From positions 64,001 to 128,000 of the IMG/VR virus record IMGVR_UViG_3300031576_000005: a DNA stretch of 64,000 nucleotides, one strand, 5' to 3'. Every line of letters begins with the position of its first letter. Position 1 is the first letter of the stretch. Positions 1 to 9,866 of this stretch are shown one piece after another. Origin of the DNA: a virus. Below the pieces are notes generated by a model. That model searched no databases. It saw only the letters and a program-made list of their open reading frames with translations, and had not been told where the DNA came from. The translations under genes and the position numbers were made by a program.

Positions 1-2
1 GC

Positions 3-1712
3 AGTTTTAAAGCCGATGGGACATCTGATAATACATTACTTGATTTAGGATGGGAAATTGATTTAATTGAGGATGTAATAAAGCCGTCTATTGCTGGTTC
101 GATAACTGGGAATGAACATGGGATAGGTTTTGTGGGGTCGGACCATATCAACCATGTCCAAAGTGGTACATTTCTATCAATGAGGCTTCTTAATATAATG
201 CGATATTATATTGTGGAAACATCGATGGGGGCGTTAACGACATTTGATGATTTTCTTTCTAATGCTAACGATACTTATGATTTGGGAACGCATTTACTGC
301 CGAATTTGAATGATGACCGATTTTCTGGACAGATGTACAGAACTTATAATTCTAACACCAATAGACATTATCCTTGCGCTAATAGCGCTGGTGGAAGTGT
401 AGAATTATTAACTAATCCAAAAATAAATACAAGTACAAACTCAGTAGATGTTTACGCCAGCCCCTTAATAAGACAAGATTTAGAAAATCCAGACCATTCG
501 AAATTTTATGATGAGGAAACTGATTTATTGAGTTTTAACGGAAGCGGATACCCCGGTAATGGAGACCTTGGGTTATTAAGAGCTATAGACGCACCTTTAG
601 TAAATAGAGATAAATGGCCAGTGTTTGAATATAAGGGGCAATTAGTTGAACCCAAAACTATTTCTGCAAAAACTTCTGAAACATGGCCACCCGGAGATAC
701 CTCGACAAGCTGGGGACAATGGACGAATAAAAAAGAACTTTTTAAATTTGAGGCAGATTTTTATACTAGCAAGGGAGTTCCAACTGGTTTTTTAGTAAGA
801 AATGAATATTTTTCTCAAATATTTCCGGTGACGCAACAATCTTCTGGCCATGCTTTTAAAGCTATACGTGAGCACTTCTTAGAGATGATTAGCGTTATAA
901 AAGAGATGAAATATTTTGGAATTATGTTGGCTCATAGGTCAACTACCTCTGGAGAAAATCCTTTAACAATTGACGTTAGCACTCAAGAAGGCAACGGCTT
1001 AAGCAGCTGGGGCGGTTGTATTCACTCTCCGGGGGTATGTTGTGGAGCTGGCTGTGGGCCATTTTTTTGTGTACTTGATAGTGGACCGGTTTGTTGTAAT
1101 CCAGGACCATTCTTTATTACAAATTTACAATGTGGTGATTGCGGTATTACACCCTGTTCTCCAGATGCTTGTGTCGGACCATCTTTCTCAGGGCCACCCA
1201 CCGTTACTGTAAGTACATTTTCTAATCCATTCCCAGATACACGTGACCCAATTTATTATACCAAAACCAGCCACTCTACTTCCGATGCTCAAACCAGTAT
1301 CTTTGGAGGATGTCCTGTTGCTACTTTAGTTAATAGAGGCAGCGAACGAATGCGTTCTAAAAGAATAGTTTTTAATTATGGATTTACTGGATATGCCATT
1401 CAACCATATAGAATAGAAAAATTTACCACCGATACTTGTACTGAATTCGGATGTGGAATCGCCGGTGTAACTAGTGCGGTAAGTTTTACTAACATTCAAT
1501 ATGATTTTCCCGGTTCTGCTTCGGTTAATGATGTAGGTGGAGCGCATGTTGCAGATTTTACCGATAATAATGCCGTTTCTCAATATGATAATTGTACATT
1601 TCAATGTCTTCCAAGTCTTGTTGGCGGAGCCGGACAGGTTTTAGATTATCGCCAATTATTTGGAGAGATTGCTGTGGCGGTGCCAACTTTCAATATGATA
1701 GCCTCAATATAA
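3..1712 (+). CDS. Large Cys-rich putative virion protein, 5'-partial
   Basis: Frame is open from position 3, so the gene starts left of the window. S/T/G/N-rich with a Cys cluster (PGVCCGAGCGPFF...GPVCCNPGPFF). Function is inferred from composition and context only. Confidence 0.5.
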   Translation, partial: SFKADGTSDNTLLDLGWEIDLIEDVIKPSIAGSITGNEHGIGFVGSDHINHVQSGTFLSMRLLNIMRYYIVETSMGALTTFDDFLSNANDTYDLGTHLLPNLNDDRFSGQMYRTYNSNTNRHYPCANSAGGSVELLTNPKINTSTNSVDVYASPLIRQDLENPDHSKFYDEETDLLSFNGSGYPGNGDLGLLRAIDAPLVNRDKWPVFEYKGQLVEPKTISAKTSETWPPGDTSTSWGQWTNKKELFKFEADFYTSKGVPTGFLVRNEYFSQIFPVTQQSSGHAFKAIREHFLEMISVIKEMKYFGIMLAHRSTTSGENPLTIDVSTQEGNGLSSWGGCIHSPGVCCGAGCGPFFCVLDSGPVCCNPGPFFITNLQCGDCGITPCSPDACVGPSFSGPPTVTVSTFSNPFPDTRDPIYYTKTSHSTSDAQTSIFGGCPVATLVNRGSERMRSKRIVFNYGFTGYAIQPYRIEKFTTDTCTEFGCGIAGVTSAVSFTNIQYDFPGSASVNDVGGAHVADFTDNNAVSQYDNCTFQCLPSLVGGAGQVLDYRQLFGEIAVAVPTFNMIASI

Positions 1713-2098
1713 TGCATTCGTGCCCATATAGATTACATAACGATATAATGCAATGCCAACACCATATAAATAATGGGGTTGATAGGGTATCAATTGATGA
1801 AGGCATATGTGAAAAGTGCCTATTTTATCAAAATCGCAAAGTAGATGTTGAAAAGGCATCCCTAAACATGCTAGTATATTATACAGAACAGAAACTATTA
1901 AATATTTCGTTTCTACCAAGAGAAGAAGCTATAAAACTATTTAATACTATATATAATATTTCAACTAAAATATATAAAAAAGATAAATGTATAGAATTTT
2001 TAAGTGATGCTTTGGTTAAAATTTCAAAAAATCAATGGATATTAGAGGAAGACATAGAACAACTATATGGTCTCGTTAGCAAATTTGAAGAAAATTAA
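1712..2098 (+). CDS. Hypothetical protein with N-terminal Cys/His cluster
   Basis: ATG at 1712 overlaps the upstream TAA (TAATG). Contains CPY..C..CEKC. Confidence 0.55.
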   Translation: MHSCPYRLHNDIMQCQHHINNGVDRVSIDEGICEKCLFYQNRKVDVEKASLNMLVYYTEQKLLNISFLPREEAIKLFNTIYNISTKIYKKDKCIEFLSDALVKISKNQWILEEDIEQLYGLVSKFEEN

Positions 2099-2489
2099 CT
2101 CAGACATACGAAAAGTAGCCTCTTCTATCACACAATCCACAAAGGTGGTTGTAACAGAGAGGAAAATTACATTTTTGGATATGGATAATGTTACAAAAAG
2201 AATTGACGCCTGTCATCAATGTTCCTTTTATAAGAACGGGATATGTAATCTTTGTGGTTGTATGGTTTCTGTAAAATCTCGAATTTCTGAGTTTAAGTCT
2301 CCGTTGGGACTTTGGGAACCGGAAGAATTGCCAACATCTTGGAAATTAGATGAATCAAAAATCGATTTTATTCCTAAAGCTTTTCATCGTGATGAAAATT
2401 TTGTTTATGCTTATTCTAAAAAACCAGAGGGAATTTATAAATATGTAACAAGTTTAATAACAAAAAAAACAGAAATTGTTAAAATATAG
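2067..2489 (+). CDS. Small Cys-rich protein (DUF6171-like)
   Basis: RIDACHQC...CNLCGC...K...PLGLW pattern. Confidence 0.5.
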   Translation: MVSLANLKKINSDIRKVASSITQSTKVVVTERKITFLDMDNVTKRIDACHQCSFYKNGICNLCGCMVSVKSRISEFKSPLGLWEPEELPTSWKLDESKIDFIPKAFHRDENFVYAYSKKPEGIYKYVTSLITKKTEIVKI

Positions 2490-2492
2490 TAT

Positions 2493-3158
2493 ATGATAAT
2501 TTGCTTAAATTTTTTAAATACATACGGAAACGGAATTCATAGTCAAATTAAAACTTTGGTGAAATGTGATAGTTGTGGTGAGGAACGAATAATCTTTAAA
2601 TTTAATGCTTTAAAAGGTAATGGGGTACAATACTGTAAATTTTGCACCACTAAGGGAAGTAATCATTATGATTATGGAAAACATCGTTCTAAAGCAATTA
2701 AAATAAAGTTAAGAAAAGCTAATCTTGGCAAAAAACTTTCAGAAGAAACTAAAAAGAAACTTAGTTTGGCTAATAAGGGAGAAAATAATCCCATGTTTGG
2801 AAAACGAGGAGAATTAAGCCCCAATTGGAATCCAAATTTAAATAACGAAGAACGTAAAAAGTCACAAGAGAATCGACAAAATTTATCTGATTTTGTTAAA
2901 TGGTCAAAGACAATTAAGCAAATATATAATTTTATATGTCAAATCTGTGAAGACGATAAAGGCGGCAATTTAGTCTCTCATCATTTATATAATTGGAAAG
3001 ACTACCCACAAAAACGTTATGATTTAGGTAATGGAATATGTGTTTGTAAAAATTGCCACAACCTTTTTCATATAATTTTCAGACGGAGACATAATACACC
3101 CGAACAATTCGAAGAATTTAAATTATATATAAAAGAAATTTTAAATATTAAAGTGTAA
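2493..3158 (+). CDS. NUMOD3-HNH homing endonuclease (family copy 1, intact)
   Basis: N-terminal CxxC/CxxC ribbon, NUMOD3-like SEETKKKLS..KGENNPMFGK, HNH core CQIC..HHLYNW..NG..CKNCH. Confidence 0.85.
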   Translation: MIICLNFLNTYGNGIHSQIKTLVKCDSCGEERIIFKFNALKGNGVQYCKFCTTKGSNHYDYGKHRSKAIKIKLRKANLGKKLSEETKKKLSLANKGENNPMFGKRGELSPNWNPNLNNEERKKSQENRQNLSDFVKWSKTIKQIYNFICQICEDDKGGNLVSHHLYNWKDYPQKRYDLGNGICVCKNCHNLFHIIFRRRHNTPEQFEEFKLYIKEILNIKV

Positions 3159-3184
3159 TATATTTAAGGAAAAGGCAAAGGATT

Positions 3185-5299
3185 ATGGCAATTATATCGC
3201 TTATCGACAAAAAACAAATCCGAGATTTATTTTTATCTGGCTTGGCATCAAGTGGTGTCTCGGTTCAATTTTCTGGTAATACATCCCTTTTAAGTGGAAC
3301 TTTATCAGCTCCGACTGTCACTGGAACTAGCGGTATTTTTAATTCTTTACAAATTGACGGCCCCATTATTTCAAATTATTTGAGCGGTGTTTTGGGTACA
3401 ACTATTACTGGGTCTGGAATTTCATACTTTCCCAGCATTATAGATATTTCGGGTAATAATTTACATTATTACATTCAGTATTCTTTGAATGATTTGTCTA
3501 CCGTTGTGCAGCGTTACTCTAGTCAGGACTCACAAGTTGGGTGGACCTACTTAGATGTAGGAACTAGTGCGTGGACAGCTTTTCCAATTTTGGGTTTAAC
3601 AGCGTCACAGCAGTCCACCTCCATAATTAAACATGAGTACGTTCCAACCGGATTAAATGCTCACTCTAATTACTTCGTCAGCACAAAGCCAATTTATGCC
3701 GGAAATATTACCGGGAATTTCTTCGATTCGGCAAAATTCGTACCCGACCCATTGGGCTATGAAACAGCGTTACTTCCTTCTTTCGCTCAAATATTCGAGA
3801 CATTTGATTCTCGCTACGTAATTAAAAGATTATTTCCAAATGCTACAGTAGTATCAGGAACGTTTATTAGTGGTACGCCAATATTTTTTGAAACTAGTGA
3901 TACTAGTACGTTTCCTACTACTAATTTGGCGACAGGCAGGGCGTTCTGGGACAATCGAAGCAGTGGATTTTTCATTTATCGCACTGGATTAGGGTTTACC
4001 GGATTTCACTTAGTTAATAACATTTATTCAGTCACGGGTCTTTCGGGCGTCGCGGCTAACCCACCGACCGGTAATATACAATTATACCTAATCTACGGAA
4101 CGGGGTCAGGAAACCCTCCGTCCGGAAATGATGTAAGATTTACTTCCGCCTATCATCAGTCAGGGGGGCCGGACCCACTCAACATATCGGGCCTCAGTGG
4201 TATCGCAGCAACCGGCCAACGAGTCAACGTTTATAACCAAGCGAACTATGTAAGTTCATTCACAAAATTATCATTTAGCGGCCTTTCTTTCGTTATAAGT
4301 GGCGACTCATTGAATGATAGAAATCTTATTATATCAAGAGCTGTTTCTGCGTTAGTGGGAAACTCTCCATCTCCTACTTTAGATAATGGTACAATTTCTG
4401 TATTAGGAACAGGCAATATTCTTGTGTCGGGCGTAAGCGGCGTTGCTAGCGTGGGACATACCCTTTATATTAGCGATACTGGAACTCAGTACGTAGGTGT
4501 TGCTGGTGGTGGATTGCTTACAGGAACGGTAATTATTTCTGGTTCTGGCGGCACAACTGTTTCCGTTGGTGCTACCACATCCAGTGGTAGAGTGATTGTT
4601 GTAAATTCATCAACGGTTGCTGCTGGAGCGGGAAATGTAACGGGTTTCGGCGTCAACATGCTCGCACCATTATTTACAGGAGGCTTCGTAATTACTGGTT
4701 CTGGTGGTGGTGTAGTTACCAGTCTGATTAATTTAGGCAATGGCGTCTCTGGAATTCTAATTAGCGGTAGCGCCGCCGCCGCAGGTGGTGTTGGCAATGT
4801 AACTGGTATTGGCGTCAATATGCTAGCCCCATTATTTACTGGTGGCTTTGTAATCAGTGGTTCTGGCGGAAGTGTCACCACAAGTTTGGTTAATTTTGGC
4901 GGTGGAGTTTCTGGTATTGTAATTAGTGGTGCTCCTACTACTACGACTTATAATATTAGTGGGACAGACGTTAGTCTTTCCTTCTTCGCTGATTTACCAC
5001 TTAGTGGAAGTGGGCTATCCGAATCATTTATCGCTAGAACTTGGACTTTTACCGGTTATTCAATCGCTTGTAGTGTAACTGGCTCTGGATTATTTCCTAT
5101 GAGCGGTAATTTTTATCAGAGGGAAACTGGAAATACCAGAACCAATATAACTGGTTGGAGACTAGAACCTGGACTTTTCTATAATAGTAGCGGAAATGTT
5201 GCTATTACTGTCACCGGTCAGAACCGGATTGGATATGATATTACAAATCCAGTTTTAAGCGGCCTAAGAAATCTAACTTTAGGTACATTTGGATTTTAA
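3185..5299 (+). CDS. Ser/Gly/Thr-rich tail-fibre-like virion protein
   Basis: 704 aa, few charged residues, abundant SG/TG dipeptides, internal duplication; lies next to a LamG-domain gene. Confidence 0.6.
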   Translation: MAIISLIDKKQIRDLFLSGLASSGVSVQFSGNTSLLSGTLSAPTVTGTSGIFNSLQIDGPIISNYLSGVLGTTITGSGISYFPSIIDISGNNLHYYIQYSLNDLSTVVQRYSSQDSQVGWTYLDVGTSAWTAFPILGLTASQQSTSIIKHEYVPTGLNAHSNYFVSTKPIYAGNITGNFFDSAKFVPDPLGYETALLPSFAQIFETFDSRYVIKRLFPNATVVSGTFISGTPIFFETSDTSTFPTTNLATGRAFWDNRSSGFFIYRTGLGFTGFHLVNNIYSVTGLSGVAANPPTGNIQLYLIYGTGSGNPPSGNDVRFTSAYHQSGGPDPLNISGLSGIAATGQRVNVYNQANYVSSFTKLSFSGLSFVISGDSLNDRNLIISRAVSALVGNSPSPTLDNGTISVLGTGNILVSGVSGVASVGHTLYISDTGTQYVGVAGGGLLTGTVIISGSGGTTVSVGATTSSGRVIVVNSSTVAAGAGNVTGFGVNMLAPLFTGGFVITGSGGGVVTSLINLGNGVSGILISGSAAAAGGVGNVTGIGVNMLAPLFTGGFVISGSGGSVTTSLVNFGGGVSGIVISGAPTTTTYNISGTDVSLSFFADLPLSGSGLSESFIARTWTFTGYSIACSVTGSGLFPMSGNFYQRETGNTRTNITGWRLEPGLFYNSSGNVAITVTGQNRIGYDITNPVLSGLRNLTLGTFGF
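4631..4930 (+). repeat. Two-copy in-frame direct repeat, 162 nt period
   Basis: GNVTGFGVNMLAPLFTGGFVITGSGG...VSGILISG at 4631 and GNVTGIGVNMLAPLFTGGFVISGSGG...VSGIVISG at 4793. Confidence 0.9.
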
Positions 5300-5301
5300 T
5301 T

Positions 5302-6054
5302 ATGTCTGTTGCTATTAATAAAATAGTAAAACCAAGTTTAAGGAATTTGGGTGGCGACTTGGTTATTTGGTGGGATGCGAGCACACTAAATCTTTCGGAT
5401 GGGGCTACAGTTGCACAAATTGATGATTTGAGTGGATTTGGTAATCACGCTGTTCAAGCAACAGAAGCAAGCAAGCCAACTTTTGAAACAGGGGAAATAA
5501 ATGGACTTCCAATCCTTAGATTTAATGGAACTTCACAGTTTATAGGCGCTCTAGATTCGGCAACATTTCGCGCACAGAATTTTAGCTTATTTATTGTTGT
5601 AAAATTTACCGTATCAACGACCCATCATTTAATTGGCGATGGAAATATTAATACAGATAGGGATGGAATCGTTATGTGGGGATTAGGCGGTTCTACTAGA
5701 ACAGAGATTGCTAATGCCAGTTCTGCTGTAACAACACAAATTAGTTCTACGCCTTCTACAAACGACGGAAGCCCCCACATTATTAGTTGGTTGGTTGACC
5801 CCAGTTTTATTTATACTTATGTTGATGGTGGAAGCAGACAAAGAAACGTTAGAGGGAGCCAAACTATTGCTTGGAATGGCTATGATTTTAGGATTGCGAA
5901 GGCAAACGGCGGTGGAACAGACAGATTTTGGGCTGGTGATATTGCAGAAGTATTATTTTATAATTCTGCTATTTCTGATAATTCAAAATTTATGGTTGAA
6001 AGATATCTGGCAAACAAATACAATATATCCGTTCAACAACAACCCAAAGGATAA
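5302..6054 (+). CDS. LamG/concanavalin-A-like domain virion protein
   Basis: WWDAS..DLSGFGNHA, LRFNG, WAGDIAEVLFYNSAIS..VERYLANKY. Confidence 0.75.
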   Translation: MSVAINKIVKPSLRNLGGDLVIWWDASTLNLSDGATVAQIDDLSGFGNHAVQATEASKPTFETGEINGLPILRFNGTSQFIGALDSATFRAQNFSLFIVVKFTVSTTHHLIGDGNINTDRDGIVMWGLGGSTRTEIANASSAVTTQISSTPSTNDGSPHIISWLVDPSFIYTYVDGGSRQRNVRGSQTIAWNGYDFRIAKANGGGTDRFWAGDIAEVLFYNSAISDNSKFMVERYLANKYNISVQQQPKG

Positions 6055-6057
6055 TGA

Positions 6058-6086
6058 TTGACAAAAATATAAAAAACTATTACTAT
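6058..6086 (+). promoter_or_regulatory. Sigma70-type promoter, probably leaderless
   Basis: TTGACA-N17-TACTAT with an ATG 6 nt downstream (6093). Confidence 0.7.
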
Positions 6087-6092
6087 AATACT

Positions 6093-6350
6093 ATGAATAA
6101 CCAACCAACTATTCCAGAAGCGGTACTCAGTCAAATTTCAGAACACAGCTCGTGTTTTGCCCTATTTTATTTTGATGAGGACGGAACTCCTTGCTTTTAT
6201 CAAAATTTTCCAGAAGTTAAAGATAGATTTGCGTTAATGAAATTTTTACAAGACTACGTCAACACCGAAGGATTCCCATTTGGACCGCCCGAAGATGAAT
6301 GTGGACACGAAGAAGACGAAGAGTCTGGCGGCGAAGATTGGAAGAAATAA
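6093..6350 (+). CDS. Small acidic hypothetical protein
   Basis: Start moved to 6093, downstream of the promoter; acidic C-terminal tail. Confidence 0.6.
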   Translation: MNNQPTIPEAVLSQISEHSSCFALFYFDEDGTPCFYQNFPEVKDRFALMKFLQDYVNTEGFPFGPPEDECGHEEDEESGGEDWKK

Positions 6351-6361
6351 AAAGATAATCA

Positions 6362-6390
6362 TTGCAAGAGTCAGATAAATATGCTAGTAT
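6362..6390 (+). promoter_or_regulatory. Sigma70-type promoter of the replication operon
   Basis: TTGCAA-N17-TAGTAT with extended TGn; ATG 8 nt downstream. Confidence 0.6.
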
Positions 6391-6398
6391 AAAACACT

Positions 6399-7937
6399 AT
6401 GCAAGAAAAAGAATTGTCTAAAGAACAGCAGATTAAAAATTACGCGATTGAAAGAACGCTACTCTCTGGAATTATCAAATATCCTGAAAGTTTTTACGAT
6501 ATTGAAAATTTTTTGTTAGAGGGGGATTTTGCCAATGTTATAAATAGTAAAATTTATAGTGTTTTTCGATATCTTATTTTACAGAAAGATATTACAAAAT
6601 TAGATACTGGTCTAATTTTAGCCACCATATCTAACATGTGTTTGACGTTTCCCAGTGAATGTATTATTGCGGATTTTGTAGCAAATTTGAAAAGAGATGC
6701 TGAAAATATAGAATCTCCAAAAACGGTTAAAACAATAGCACAAGATATTTATCTTTTAGCAAGACGCAGAGACTTTTATAAATGTGGTGATAAAATTCAA
6801 AGAAAAGCCATAGATGGAGCTATTGATGGGAAGCCTTTTCTCAACATACAGGATATGATGGAAGCAGTTGATGGAATTTATTTTGATGCTATTAATAAAT
6901 TTGTTAGAGATGAAGATATGGTAGATGTGGGTGACGGCATAGGAGCAGAATTGCATAAAAGAGCCGACAATCCTGTTGACCACGAAGGTTTTAAAAGTGG
7001 TTATCCCCATTGGGATAAAATGATAGGGTATTTTCAGACCGATAGTTTTAATTTTGTTTCAGCTCGCCCAAAGGTCGGAAAAAGCATTTTTGCTATGAAC
7101 GTCGCCACACACGTATCTCTTAAACAAAACATCCCGGTTTTTTATGCAGATAGCGAAATGAATCTCAAAATATTCAGACATCGATTGATATCTCATATTG
7201 GTCAAGTAGATTATAATTTGGTAAAAAATGGATATTGGAGAAGCAATCCAGAAGTTTGTCCAAAAGTACTTAAAGCGATTGATATAGTTGATAATAAAAT
7301 TAATATAAAATATTTTTCAATACGTGCTTGCAATATTAATTCAATGATATCTGCCTGTAGGCGTTTTTTATTTCAAAAAGTTAAGCGTAATATTGAAAAT
7401 CCAGATATTTGGAATCCGTGCTTATTTATTTGGGATTATATCAAACTAGATTATTATAATAAGAGTAATATGGGCAATAGTTGGTGGTTGGATATAGCTA
7501 AATCCACAGTTCATTTTAAAGATTTTTTAGGTAAAACCCAAACAACAGCTTTAGTTCTAGGACAACAAAATCAGGGTGGAATCGCTAAGCTAGATAAAAA
7601 TAATAAAATGGTCTCTCAAGATAATGAAAGCATTGTGGCGGGTAGCGACGAAATTTCCAAGTCAGCGTCAAACGTTAGTTCACTTAGACGTAAAACATCA
7701 GATGAAATTATTAGAGACGGTGTAGAATCTGGGAACTATATTTTAATGCCGTTGGCAGCAAGAGAGGGCGAGGGGGGTGGTTCTATTCCACTTGCTAATG
7801 GTGTTTTCGATAGAGACTACGTATCTTTACAAAAAGATGGCATTTATATGACATTCAAGGAAATCACAACCAATAAATTATTAAGGCAAAAACAAGATAT
7901 ATCTAGCTCGTTTATTAAGGATAAACATGTCAAATAA
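6399..7937 (+). CDS. dnaB: Replicative DNA helicase
   Basis: N-terminal ERTLLSGII, Walker A ARPKVGKS, SEM, Walker B WDYI, QQN, GSDEI. Confidence 0.9.
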   Translation: MQEKELSKEQQIKNYAIERTLLSGIIKYPESFYDIENFLLEGDFANVINSKIYSVFRYLILQKDITKLDTGLILATISNMCLTFPSECIIADFVANLKRDAENIESPKTVKTIAQDIYLLARRRDFYKCGDKIQRKAIDGAIDGKPFLNIQDMMEAVDGIYFDAINKFVRDEDMVDVGDGIGAELHKRADNPVDHEGFKSGYPHWDKMIGYFQTDSFNFVSARPKVGKSIFAMNVATHVSLKQNIPVFYADSEMNLKIFRHRLISHIGQVDYNLVKNGYWRSNPEVCPKVLKAIDIVDNKINIKYFSIRACNINSMISACRRFLFQKVKRNIENPDIWNPCLFIWDYIKLDYYNKSNMGNSWWLDIAKSTVHFKDFLGKTQTTALVLGQQNQGGIAKLDKNNKMVSQDNESIVAGSDEISKSASNVSSLRRKTSDEIIRDGVESGNYILMPLAAREGEGGGSIPLANGVFDRDYVSLQKDGIYMTFKEITTNKLLRQKQDISSSFIKDKHVK

Positions 7938-8910
7938 AGAATCAATTAAAGAATTAGTAAAACTAGCTAACTCACAGATTCCAAATCTGTTAACAAAATT
8001 GGGTATTGACTTTTCTCACAGTGGCCGCTGGCTTACAGCTCCCTGTAAAATACATGGCGGTGATAATAGACAAGCATTTTGCTTCAATTCGGATAAAGCA
8101 TATTGGAAATGCTTCACGCGAGGTTGCCAGGAAAAATTTGGTAATAATATTATAGGTGTTGTAAGCGGAGTATTGGGATATAATTTTAGCGATTCAATAG
8201 AATGGTTAATTAATAATATAGATGAGGATGTTAAAATCTTTCAAAAGATAGAGAGAAAAGAAGATAAAATTTATCCAGAAACATACCTACAGAGATTGTT
8301 TCGTAATGATTTCTATCTTAAACGTGGCTTTAAACAAGAAACGTTAAATGATTTTGAGCATGGTAAAGCCGAGGCTTATGCACTTGCTAATAGGATTGTA
8401 TTTCCAATTAGAGACGAAAATGGCATGATTAGGGGATTCTCTGGAAGGTGGGCCGGGACTGAAAAAATTATTGATAACGAAACCAAATGCTTTGATTCGC
8501 GTGGTAATAAAGTTGTTAAATGGAGACATACCTCTTTTTGTAAAAGTAATTATTTATATAATTATTATCGCGCCAAACAATATTGTCAGGAAGAATTAAT
8601 AATTGTTGAATCTATTGCTAACGTCATGAGATTTTGGGAATGTGGTAAAAAGAATTGTGTAGCCAGCTTCGGTAAGGATTTAAGTATTAGACAAGTTCAA
8701 CTAATCATTCCTTCAACAAAAAAAGTAATCTTGGCATATGATAATGATGAAGCTGGTGTTGATGGCTCAAGAAAAGCCTTTAAAACTCTTGAACCTTATA
8801 TTAATGTAGAAGTTATGTCGTCTAATAACAATCAAGATTGGGCTGAAAAGTCAAACGAAGAAGTAATAAGTATATATGAAAACCATAAATGTCAGCCCCA
8901 GTCGGCTTAA
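7927..8910 (+). CDS. dnaG: DNA primase
   Basis: CHC2 zinc finger (PCKIHGG...WKCF..GC), RIVFPI..GFSGR, TOPRIM IIVE and YDNDEAG. Confidence 0.9.
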   Translation: MSNKESIKELVKLANSQIPNLLTKLGIDFSHSGRWLTAPCKIHGGDNRQAFCFNSDKAYWKCFTRGCQEKFGNNIIGVVSGVLGYNFSDSIEWLINNIDEDVKIFQKIERKEDKIYPETYLQRLFRNDFYLKRGFKQETLNDFEHGKAEAYALANRIVFPIRDENGMIRGFSGRWAGTEKIIDNETKCFDSRGNKVVKWRHTSFCKSNYLYNYYRAKQYCQEELIIVESIANVMRFWECGKKNCVASFGKDLSIRQVQLIIPSTKKVILAYDNDEAGVDGSRKAFKTLEPYINVEVMSSNNNQDWAEKSNEEVISIYENHKCQPQSA

Positions 8911-9685
8911 TACATTCCAAAAATGTAGGTGGATGTATTATTGTAAATATATTTTAAAGCTTCCAGATGAGGGCGGCGACAAGACCCGGCTCGGTTCGGT
9001 TATCCATGAAATATTTGAATTAATTTCCCGTCCAAGCAAACAAGAACAAAGAAAAAAATATATACTGCATAGCATTGAAACAAAAAAATTATACCCATCT
9101 CTTCATAGGCTATTTCAGAAAATATTAAATAGGTTCAAAATTCCAGTCGGAGAACTCAGAGAACTTGGAGAACAACTATTGATTAACGCCTTTTGTTCCG
9201 GATATGATATTAAATCAAAGGTTCTTGATGTAGAAAAAGATTTTCATATACAAGTCTCTGAGAACGTATATATAAAAGGTTTTATTGACAAAATACTAGA
9301 ATTAGATGATAATACCTTAGAGCTTATTGACTATAAATCTGGTGCTCCATTTAATGATGAAAAATGTAATAGTGAATTCCAGCCGTTTTTTTACAAATTA
9401 GCTGCGCAAAAACTTTTTCCAAAATATAAGAATTTTCTATTTTCATTTCATTTTTTAAAGAATAAAAAAATAATTACCGTATCTAAAGACAACGAAGAAC
9501 TTGCTAGATTTTTAAATTTTATTATAGCTCAAGGCATTTTAATGTTGAATTTTGATTTAAAAGATGCTAATTGTAATACGGGGTGGCATTGTAAATGGTG
9601 CAAATTCAAAGAACCTAATCCAGAATTAAATTATACCGGTTGCCCCGCTTATTTTGATAAAAACGGAGAATCTAGATTTAAATAA
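8876..9685 (+). CDS. PD-(D/E)XK exonuclease (RecB/AddB/Cas4-like)
   Basis: SPSRLNTFQKC, GFIDKI, IDYKSG, C-terminal CKWC...C. Confidence 0.85.
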   Translation: MKTINVSPSRLNTFQKCRWMYYCKYILKLPDEGGDKTRLGSVIHEIFELISRPSKQEQRKKYILHSIETKKLYPSLHRLFQKILNRFKIPVGELRELGEQLLINAFCSGYDIKSKVLDVEKDFHIQVSENVYIKGFIDKILELDDNTLELIDYKSGAPFNDEKCNSEFQPFFYKLAAQKLFPKYKNFLFSFHFLKNKKIITVSKDNEELARFLNFIIAQGILMLNFDLKDANCNTGWHCKWCKFKEPNPELNYTGCPAYFDKNGESRFK

Positions 9686-9686
9686 T

Positions 9687-9863
9687 ATGAAAACAATTGT
9701 AACTCTTTCTGCGCCAGATGCTTCCAGCAAAGATAAGGTATATGTAAAAGAAAATAATATTTGGTATTTGGATGGGAAAGAGGTAAAAAATAAGAAGTTT
9801 TGGCGGTTGTTAGATGATATTCATAACGGTTGGCAAGAATTTTATAAAGCTCCAAAGAAATAA
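9687..9863 (+). CDS. Small hypothetical protein
   Basis: ATG follows the upstream stop (TAATATG) and the ORF fills the gap. Confidence 0.5.
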   Translation: MKTIVTLSAPDASSKDKVYVKENNIWYLDGKEVKNKKFWRLLDDIHNGWQEFYKAPKK

Positions 9864-9866
9864 TAT

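Noticed and set aside
4486-4881. Pro-rich antisense ORF and the many other short opposite-strand ORFs in the track
   Set aside because: They are shadows of well-supported genes; the GGN-rich fibre gene gives CCN codons on the other strand.
4631-4930. Diversity-generating retroelement template/variable repeat pair
   Set aside because: Both copies are in frame within one gene, differences are largely synonymous and not adenine-specific, and no reverse transcriptase is present.
8876-9685. Cas4-like nuclease as evidence of a CRISPR-Cas system
   Set aside because: No repeat-spacer array or other cas genes seen; it sits in a replication operon like ordinary phage PD-(D/E)XK exonucleases.
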